This document shows, piece after piece, positions 54,221-64,000 of a DNA stretch of 64,000 nucleotides; position 1 is the stretch's first letter; every line of letters begins with the position of its first letter. Position numbers and translations under genes: made by a program. The stretch is from Octopus vulgaris. Lineage: Eukaryota. The notes under the pieces were generated by a model that made no database searches, was not told where the DNA came from, and saw only the letters and a list, made by a program, of their open reading frames with translations. The DNA lies in contig OX597819.1 of assembly GCA_951406725.2 (NCBI GenBank), positions 103,540,001 to 103,604,000 on the forward strand. The letters run 5' to 3'.

Positions 54221-55227
54221 ATGGCATGTATGAAAGAAGCCTTGGAACCGTCTGAATTTCAAAGGAGTGACACTGTTGGTCCTTCTGAAGTGGATACAGT
54301 CAGCGTAAAATCGCAGGAAACCTCGGGATCCCGTTTTCTACAGTTAATGGAGTGATTGTGCAATTCATCAGAAAGAGTAATGAGTCCACATCAACTCGCT
54401 CAGATCAGTCAGGGTCCTCAGATAGGACCCTTCTTTTAACTAAGAGAAGTGTATAGGATAATCCTCGTTGCAAGACATCTGACATAGCCGAAGTTGATGT
54501 CAGTCCGTCAACAGCTGTGAGGTATATCCACAAACTTTGTTACTATGGTAGAGCAGCAAGAAGGAAGTCACTTCAACTAGCCAACATCAAGCGGAGAAAA
54601 GGTTGGGCCAGTGAGATGGTGGAGAGGCCACTAGCATTTTGGGACACTGTCATATTTTCTGGTGAGTCCAGATTTGCTGTATTTCCTGACAGTGGTCGAG
54701 TGTGGATCTCGACTCTGTGATCAAGGATTTTATTTGAAAAGATTGCAGCTAACAATGAAACACGGTAGCCATTCTGTGATGGTTTGGGAAGCAATTTGGA
54801 GTAATGGTCGATCAGAAATGTCAGGAAAACATAAACTCAGATAAATATTTGTCCATATTGCAGAAAGGCCGCCTTCCCACCTTCTACAGTGGTAAAATGA
54901 TTAAAGAAGATTCTATTTAAGGATGATGGGTTCTCCTTGTTATGAGGTTAAAATGATCCAAGATTAGTTGGACGAGAATAGCATTAAAAAGGATTCATGT
55001 CACAACCAGTCACCAGATATGAAACCTATTGAATACCTCTGGGACATAATGGATAGGACACTTCATAAAAAGAACATGAAAGCATCTTCAAAGCCAGATC
55101 TTTTCAGAGTACTGCATGAAATTTGTTGGCAAGAAATTCCGCAAGAGAATATTTGCCATCTGATCAGTAACATGCCTAATAGGACCCTCCATGGAAAAAT
55201 GCAAAGTGCATGTCTACTAAATATTAA
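54221..55227 (+). pseudogene. Tc1-family transposase pseudogene, near full-length
   Basis: [22 protein letters not shown] (first D mutated), [27 protein letters not shown] and a TKY* end. Frameshifts and stops are present. Confidence 0.9.
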
Positions 55228-55325
55228 ATATTCACATTATAACAATAAGTAATGTGAATGTGTAATTTAAGATTTAAATAAATTTTAACGTTTATAAGAT
55301 TGTCTATTTACTTCTGTTATGCCTA

Positions 55326-55377
<52 letters not shown>

Positions 55378-55390
55378 ATTTTTATATGCT

Positions 55391-55532
55391 TAAAGCTTAT
55401 AGCGATCACCGTGCAAATGATTAAGGAAAATAATAATGGGGCATCCAGGCTGTCTTTCTGTAGAGGGATTATATGCCCCATTATTTGACAATTTTCCATA
55501 GTTATTTGCACGGTGATCACTATAACTTTTAA
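55391..55532. repeat. Fold-back inverted repeat (arms about 55 bp)
   Basis: tatagcgatcaccgtgcaaat...aataatggggcat pairs with atgccccattatt...atttgcacggtgatcactata, with a 28-nt loop. Confidence 0.85.
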
Positions 55533-55629
55533 ACTTATACAAATTCCATTACTATTATTTACTGAATTGTAAAACGCGACACCGTTTAACAAAACCATTC
55601 GCACCGATATCCATCTATCTATCTACCTA

Positions 55630-55743
<114 letters not shown>

Positions 55744-55832
55744 CACATATATATATATATACATATATACATATGTACATATATATATGTTTATATATGC
55801 ATTTATATATAGATTCATATATATATATATAA

Positions 55833-56685
55833 TTCTCAAATAATCTTTGCACTTGTGATTTTTTAATGTTTTTTACCCCCATACCTTCGTGGGTTATTCT
55901 GAGTAAACACTATCTGAGAGAAATTTTCTTTAAGTATTAGAAATAGCTAAAAAACTTTTTTGGCTGCTATTTCTAATGAGTTCAGTATGTGGCAAAGTAA
56001 TTTATTTTACTAAGCCCTTTTATATAATGTAATATTTTGAATTCGCCTTAAATGGTCCTTTTACATACTGAATACTTGGTGAAATTGATTAATAACTAAT
56101 TAATTTTACCCTCAATTGTTGAAATTATAATTCATTTCTCTCTGTTTATTGCCTCGGTTTTCACCGCTAAAATATGGTGTTTGCTAGTTTAGCCCACGTG
56201 GTGGAAAGGGTGAGCAGGAATTCTTCGCTTGCATATTTTGAATTTGTTGGCACTGTCAGTTTGAACGGGTCGTCTGAGGTGTTAAGTCGCCAAAAGGGTA
56301 TGTTCCTACTTTCAGTGTTTCCAAATCCAAATTAAGAAATTTTGGGCTGACGAAAGAAATGTCGAATTTTATTTGGCTGATCTAGAAACGTAACGTTCTC
56401 AAATAATCGTTGCACTTGTGATTTTTTAATGTTTTTTACCCCCATACCTTCGTGGGTTATTCTGAGTAAACACTATCTGAGAGAAATTTTCTTTAAGTAT
56501 TAGAAATAGCTAAAAAAACTTTTTTGGCTGCTATTTCTAATGAGTTCAGTATGTGGCAAAGTAATTTATTTTACTAAGCCCTTTTATATAATGTAATATT
56601 TTGAATTCGCCTTAAATGGTCCTTTTACATACTGAATACTTGGTGAAATTGATTAATAACTAATTAATTTTACCCTCAATTGTTG

Positions 56686-56689
<4 letters not shown>
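55833..56689 (+). mobile_element. Retrozyme/Penelope-like non-coding element, about 1.5 copies of a 563-bp unit, inserted in (TA)n
   Basis: Near-identical direct repeats at 55835-56125 and 56398-56689; a hammerhead fold at the unit junction; (TA)n on both flanks. Confidence 0.7.
56341..56403 (+). ncRNA. Predicted type I hammerhead ribozyme
   Basis: Stem I tttggg/ctcaaa; CUGACGA at 56347-56353; stem II aga/tct plus gtcgaat/atttggc; GAAA at 56385-56388; stem III acg-taa-cgt; GUU cleavage after 56397. There is an A-A mismatch at the base of stem II. Confidence 0.65.
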
Positions 56690-56757
<68 letters not shown>

Positions 56758-56766
56758 GTATATATA

Positions 56767-56832
<66 letters not shown>

Positions 56833-57359
56833 TATGTTTATGTATACATAAATGCATATATAGGAATATGTTGCTGTTGCTATTATCATTATTGTTGTTA
56901 TTGCTATTACTATTATTGATATCGTCATCATAATAATCATCGATCCCAGTAGATTTAAACTGATTGTAAATGTTACTTTCAGACATTGGTGAATAGTAAA
57001 GAAGTATCTTGATATCATTGGATATTATTACATAATTGAACAATACCTAATATAACTTATAGTATAGTTCATTCAGTTTATACAACTGATGATTCTGAGT
57101 CGATGTTCCACATAAAATATATAATAATTAGCTGGTAAATTGAATGTATTTCGCAACATATATAAAGCCATGTCTTTCATACACTTTCAACAAAGTACAA
57201 ACAATTACTCAAAATATTTCATATTCTCTTTATTACCATTCACTAATAAAATGCCAGTCGATTATTCGTATATCAGTGCATAAGTTGAAACATACTATAA
57301 CAACTAATTGGGAAAGTAAGTCTAAGATGATAAATAATTTTAAAATATGCATCCAATAA

Positions 57360-57955
57360 CTGATGTTTTATTCGTCCCAGTCATTGGACAGCGGCCTTAC
57401 GCTTGGTATTTATTCTAACTGTCTGTTTTACTGAACGTTACGGGGATATAAAAATGTAACACTGGTTGACAATTGATAGTAGGATAGGAACATGTATGCA
57501 TGCATGCATACATACATACATACATACATACATACATACATACAAACATACATGCATAGAAGTAAATTTGCTTACAAGGCATTGTCAGTGTGAGAAAGAG
57601 TTACTTGCTCAAGAAGTCACGCAATGGGGCTGAATTGGAAACCAAGTGGTTGCAAATCGAGTACCTTAACCAAACATGCGCACCTGCACGTGTGTGTGTG
57701 AGAGAGTGTATGTGTGTGCGTGTGTGTGTGCCTGCGTGTGTGTATGTAAGTACGTACGCATTGTGCGAAGTTCAACGTTAGTATATGTATGCATATGCAC
57801 ACGAGAGTCTTTAGATGAATAGTTGTCTATATCAGTAGCAAGACCTTGTTTAACCTAAGTCTCTAGTAAAGAACACATATCAAAAATGTTGCAACAAGGA
57901 ATAGAATCTGGAAGCTGGTGGTTCCGAAGCAAACTTCTTACCCACTCGACCAAAT
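57360..57955 (-). mobile_element. Two degenerate SINE family B pieces (about 57360-57690 and 57820-57955)
   Basis: ctgaacgttacggggatataaa; tacttgctcaagaagtcacgcaatgggg; ccgaagcaaacttcttacc. Confidence 0.55.
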
Positions 57956-59912
57956 GTATGTACATTTTGCGAATATAGTAATTGTTGCTTCTTTTTGGGT
58001 TTTTTCCTAAATGAACACCTCAAATATCATCTGGTATTTTTGAAGATAATCTAGTCTTGGCTTTTACTTTGCAAACGCCTACTTCTAAATGTCATTTTGA
58101 AATATAATAAACTCGTAACTCAGTTGACCTATGATCAAAGGGATTCTGACTTTAATCATCTTGTCATTTTGTGCACCTATGATCGCAGTGTGAATGTGAC
58201 ATTACTTCTTAAAGACAGATGAGTGTGATGGCAGGGAAATTTGGCTGCTATTTCTAGTAGATAAAGCGACCGCATAAGCATTTCTTAGGTGGATCGTACT
58301 TCATATATTATTACTATTTGCCCCTGCCTTGTGCGCACCATAAATATAAAAACGGTTTCATGATTACATTCTTTGCTTCAAAGCAAATATAACTGTCACA
58401 CGAGTTTCAGACACAGAAACATTTTATATATTGTGTTATCAGAGTTCGATATCGTAGAGAAAATATGGCAAAATATAGAGAAAACTTATATTGAATCTCT
58501 ATTGCATTCATAAGATTACTTAAAAATAATTGAAAAAAAAATCGACAAAAGTATCTTAAACTTCACTACTTATATTTCTGAGATATTTTCGTATTTGTAT
58601 CGATGCGAAGATGTTTCAGAATCTTAACAACATTTTCTTAAAATTTCAGTTAATATGAAAATTTTTAAAGAGCATAGTCACGTTAAAATTCTTCTATTGC
58701 TTGCTGTGGTGTTATGGAAAGTGAAGTGCTGTCACCCAAAATATTGTAATGATCCACCTGTTCATATCAAGCATACATGATGTAAATATACTGATGGCGA
58801 TCATAAATTCTGGTTCAAAAAGTTATCAGGGGAATAATAGAAATTTTGACTTTAATAGCCTTCAACGCATTTTCACCAATAACCTAGAGGGTAAGATAAA
58901 ATAACCTTCCTATATTTGGCCTCAAAATGGTGCGTTATATTCTCTGGTCAAATTCACCTGAGGTTCACGTAATTTGTCAAAGTTTCGGGATCAATAAAAT
59001 GCAGGGTCACTTTAAAGTACTGAGTTCAATATACTCGATTATGGCTCTGGGGTTCACTGGAGCTCAAGGGTTTAGGCCACGGACATGGTAAATAACCGGA
59101 TGATATTAAAATCTCCTTAAGGGGCAGCGAGGTTCGCATGTGGGACTCTGACGGTGATTATTTTTCAAACAGCAAAACGTGTCAGATCTAGTCTTTATCA
59201 AGAGGAGGATGGTAGGCAGTAGAAACTTATAGCATTCCGAGCTCCTGAACAAACTCCCGTATTCAATTTGATCAGGAGTGAGACTACAACAACAAGAATA
59301 CCTCCCAATGTGGGGAATGACACTTTCAGAGCAGCTCACCGGCTATTTTTTCACTGTAACACAATCACCATCTTGTCTGTTGAGACTATGAAATACTTGC
59401 AATACATTTATTTATAAACAAGGTCAGTGAAAAATTAAAATGGAAGAAACATCTAAGCGTAAGTTTTTCATTATAATTCTCAAGAAGTAGTATATAAAAA
59501 ATTATGAGTGTGTATATTACTATCCTTTATACTAAGCAAAAATTTCACTTATTATTGCCACTACCCACTACGCCACTTGGGTTTTAGTGTACCTTGGTCA
59601 AACTGGTCACCCCTTGATCTTCTATAAATTTGCATTGTATTTTATTCTATAGAGTGTGTGTCTAAATGGATCTGGATTAGAATTTCCGACCATGAGTGTT
59701 CATTCTATTCGTTCAGCCACCACTTTCATGGAACTAATGTGTAAGTGGCTGTGTATACCACAGTCATTTCTATCTTTAATATAATTCTCAGGCTGCATCA
59801 ATGTGTTAGCGAGTGACAGGGCTAATCCTTTAAATTACAGATGCAACCCGTCAAACGGGCCTTAACACAGTTTCTATCTTCTCAATTTCACTCTCAAACC
59901 TTAAGCCGATCA

Positions 59913-60131
59913 GGGCGGCGAGCCGGCAGAATCTTTATCATGCCGGATGAAATACTTAGCCATATTTCGTCATTCTTTACGTTCTGAAATCAAATCCTGC
60001 CGAGGTTAACTTTGCCTTTCATTCTTTCGGGGTCGCTAAAATAAGTACCAGCGGAGCAATAGAGTCGATGCAATCGACTTATCCTCTCCCCTGAAATTGC
60101 TGGCCTTGTGCCAAAATTTAAAGTCAGTATA
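59913..60131 (+). mobile_element. SINE family A nested in a minus-strand SINE family B (about 59850-60245)
   Basis: 11-bp TSD taagccgatca / taagtcgatca at 59902-59912 and 60132-60142. Confidence 0.85.
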
Positions 60132-61142
60132 TAAGTCGATCAAAGGTTATAAAATATGATACTTGCCCAAGATACCGCGCAGTGTAACCTAAACCGCGAT
60201 TTCATAATTACGAAACAATTTTCATTTGGCCATAACCCGCCTCCTTAGTATATCTAATACTACATTATCTGATATGTCAGACATTTTTGTCTTTTTTAAG
60301 ATGCTAAGATGAGTCTTGAAAATTATTTAGCTGCTATTTTTAACAAGTTAAACAGCTAGATAAAGGCTCTATTGTTTCTTCGATATTGTAATGATATCCG
60401 TGGTAAAACGATGCTACATGAATGAAAGTGGTTTTGATGCTATCCGTGATGGTGCAGGCATTAAAATTAGTGGTTCATGTTCAAGATAGTATTGATGGAT
60501 TTTGATGCAAAAAGCTGTGGTAGTCCACATTATCATTTTTATTATTATTATTATCTTCTTCTTTGTTATTGTTGTTGTTGTTTTTAGCAACCATCACTCT
60601 TTGGTGTTTAAAGTCTCTCTTCGTTTTTTAAAGTTTTATATCCAATTGTAAAACAGAACCCTCCGAAGAGTAATTTGTATCATTTTCTTTATTTTTTTTT
60701 TATTGCTTTTACCGAGAAAATGGTTAAACAGGACAAAAAAAAAAAAAAGACAAAAAAAGTCTTGAACATTTGAAAAAAGAAAACGAATAAACATAAGCAT
60801 AAACCTAGGAAAAAATCGAAATAAATTGGTTTCGATTTATTGTGGAAGGTCTATTGATGTTGTTGTCGTTATCCTCCTCCTATTGTTAATGGTGTTCTAA
60901 TGTTATTATTGTTCTTGTTATCGTTCTTGATGAGCCTATTGCTGTTGTTGTCATTGTTGGTGTTGTTATTGTCTTTGATGTCGTTAGTGCTTCTCGAAGC
61001 TTTCACACATTTTTATTTTTTTTTATTTTACTTTTTCATTTGATTTGGGAAAAAGGCCGACTAATTTTCACATCGGTCACATTTTTAATACTTTTTTCAA
61101 TATTGCTGTTGTTACTGTTATAATTACATCGAATCGTCCTTA

Positions 61143-61200
<58 letters not shown>

Positions 61201-61955
61201 GGGTTTTTTTTTCGCCATATATAAAAAGTTTATGTTATGTTTTCTTACAATGTTTATTATATGTTTTTCGCCATTTTGCTTTTATTGGTGTGTTGGTAGG
61301 CGGTATTACAGATTGGAGTTAGTTGTTTTCTCATAAAATACAAAGTTTATTATTTTTCGATTCACTATAATGTTTTAGGTTTCAGAATAAAAAGACTTAA
61401 GAAACGATTTTCATGGCGTTGAGCAAGTTTCACAGTTCCTGAAAGCAATTAGCATCTTTTAGGTTTAGGAAACAATCCTTGCGGGAGACTATTTCCGGTA
61501 CATCATATACATAACTATTCGTGATGTCCTGAGAAGACGCACAAAAAATGTTCACTGTGAATACATTGTTCTTAATACACTGTGTTTCTGTTGTTCTGTT
61601 TGTTTTATTTCACTTTTGGTGATGTTGCTACTAGAAAATGTTGTTGTTATTACTGTTGTTGTTAATGTTGTTGTTATTGATGATGATGATACCGTGGTTT
61701 TCATGATGCGTTTATTTTCACTTGGATACATCAACTCATCAATGTATCAATCAATCAAACTATCGGAGTACGTACACACACACAGGCACACAGACACATA
61801 CAGACACAGGTGCGTACATATACACACACCAAGTCGTTATATAATACACTCATATATATATATAAATATAAATATCACACCCAAACACTCACATATATAT
61901 ACAGTGAGTGATTCACATTCACGAATACACACATACTTGGGTGCACGCGACTGTA

Positions 61956-62009
<54 letters not shown>

Positions 62010-62245
62010 CATGTATGTGTGTGTATAGTTACAAAAATATATCGTTGCAAATATATATCTTTCATCCTTGGATGTATAGATAGTTTAGTGTTTTTATGAA
62101 ATTCACTTCACAGACACGCGGTATCTGGTTCGATTTCTCTGCATTGCATATCAGATGAATTTTACAGTAAATATAGGCTCGAGAACATAATGTTACAGAA
62201 ACTTGATAGAAATTGTACGGAAGCTTGTTGTATGTATGCCTATAT

Positions 62246-62910
62246 GTTAGTTAGTTAGTTAGTTAATTTGGCTCAAAAGCAAATAGCAAGGCCATGTAGG
62301 GGGACATGGAGTTAAGTACAGGGTGGTGTTCATGTAAAGAGTTCAGGCCACTTGAGGTCAAGGGAGGCTTTGAACAAAGCGGTCGTCGGCATCTTCACCA
62401 TCTCGTCTGGCAGCTTGTTCCACGGATCTGCAACCCGGACGGAGAAAGCTCCTCTCCTTCGATTGAGATGAAATCGTCGCAGGTAGAGCTTTTCGGAATG
62501 ACCCCGCAGCCCGCACTCTGGAGCAGGAGTGAAGAACAGCTCTTTCGAGAGGTTACACTTTCCGCTTATGATGTTGTGGGCGAGAATGAGATCACCACGG
62601 CGGCGGCGTTTTTCAAGAGAATAAAGGTCGAGCGTCCTCAGCCTTTCTTCATAGGACAAATTTTTGAGACCATGAACCATGCCGGTAGCCAGCTTCTGGA
62701 CTCTTTCGAGATGCTGTATGTCTTTGAGGAGATAAGGAGAAGAGGCTTGAATCCCGTACTCCAATATGGGTCTCACCAGCGTGACATAGAGTGGTAGGAA
62801 TATGGCTGCTGTGAGCATTCCAAATGACCGTCGAATCAAGAACAGAATTCCGCGTGCTTTGTTGGCAGCATGGATGCACTGGGCCGAAGGCGAAAAGGAG
62901 GAATCCACCA
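62246..62910 (-). mobile_element. 5'-truncated CR1-clade LINE (ORF2 C-terminus, 3' UTR and (CTAA)n tail)
   Basis: Open frame VDSSFSPSAQCIHAANKARGILFLIRRSF...LYVTLVRPILEYG...LERVQKLAT...YEERLRTLDLYSLEKRRRRGDLI...RGHSEKL...FSVRVADPWNKLP with the stop at 62330; (GTTA)n at 62246-62265. Confidence 0.95.
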
Positions 62911-62965
62911 ATACATACATATATTTGTGTGTGTGTGTATGTGTATGTATGCAAGTATGTATGTA

Positions 62966-63172
62966 CGTCGGCATTCGCCATGATATATCCCTAGCCACTA
63001 CACATTCTTTATTTTCTCTCCTTGTTTTCTGTGTCCCTTTCTGTAGAAGAGCGTAGGCTCGAAAAGTTAAAGACTTTTTTCATTTCCCGAGCGTTAATCT
63101 AATACACCTGTTTGTTGTCTACACCACCTGTCTTCGTCTTTTGTTTGTTTGTCTTTTGTGAATTATCCCCTA
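62966..63172 (+). mobile_element. Microsatellite-embedded element with a degenerate hammerhead-like motif
   Basis: ctgtagaa gagc-gtag-gctc gaaa agtt aaagac; downstream similarity to the insert at 32675-32773. Confidence 0.45.
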
Positions 63173-63253
63173 TATACGTATATACATATATATGTATGTA
63201 TGTATACATATATACATGGATATATATATGCATACATACACACACACACACAC

Positions 63254-63302
<49 letters not shown>

Positions 63303-63583
63303 AGAGTATAAAAATTTGTGATATTGCATATAGCTACAATATCATGAGTCCTTATGATGAGGTAGATAAGCTATAGCAAAAGTCATGGTTCATCGGACAC
63401 AACCGTTAAGATAAGACTATTATAACATTCATATAAATATGCGCATTAAACCTACTGGAGTTTATCTGCCTTATGTTTCCATACTTGCTCGACGAAGATC
63501 GTTCTAATAACCAGTTCTCACTACAGTAGATTCACCTGCCCGGGATCAAAGACTTGGAATTTACATTCTCATATATCTGAGCG

Positions 63584-63782
<199 letters not shown>

Positions 63783-64000
63783 ACCAAGTGTGCTTTAGCA
63801 TTCTCTGACACTTACACACATACATACACATACGCAGACACACATACGTCACACACACACACACACATAAACACTATGTGTGTACAGCAACGGGTTAACC
63901 GAATAAAATTTTCAGAGTCACTGTCAATAATATTCTTCTTTCAGAATAATAGTTTGTACTTTACAATAAACTTTTTTTTTATCATAGATTAACTGAACAG

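Noticed and set aside
55835-56689. LTR retrotransposon or TRIM
   Set aside because: The repeats lack TG...CA termini, and no PBS, PPT or TSD is evident; a partial tandem with a hammerhead fits better.
58300-59630. Complex-sequence stretch, possibly an old DNA transposon or exons
   Set aside because: No recognisable ORF, TIR pair or splice pattern found by eye; left unassigned pending a database search.
62911-62998. N-terminus of the 222-aa ORF as part of a real protein
   Set aside because: It is chance in-frame microsatellite flank upstream of the 5'-truncated CR1.

Overview
AT-rich eukaryotic non-coding DNA saturated with microsatellites. The SINE families and repeat style suggest a coleoid cephalopod, probably Octopus (an inference from recognising the repeats). 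I found no host protein-coding exon, and almost all entries in the ORF track are microsatellite artefacts. The only protein-like sequence is transposon debris: three mariner remnants, one Tc1, one hAT, and 3' ends of CR1, L1/Tx1 and R4/Dong-like LINEs. Non-coding elements include three tRNA-SINE families, another short interspersed repeat family, MITEs, a complete non-autonomous Helitron, and a tRNA-Asp/SINE chimera flanked by a 12-bp TSD. The most striking signal is at 55833-56689: a (TA)n-embedded element of about 1.5 copies of a 563-bp unit that folds into a type I hammerhead ribozyme. Its 5' boundary falls at the predicted self-cleavage site, as expected for a retrozyme or Penelope-related circular-RNA element. 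Several other (TA)n-embedded inserts carry degenerate hammerhead-like motifs. Local inverted duplications with (TA)n tracts in their spacers recur across the window. All coordinates, folds and translations were done by eye, and degenerate element boundaries are approximate.
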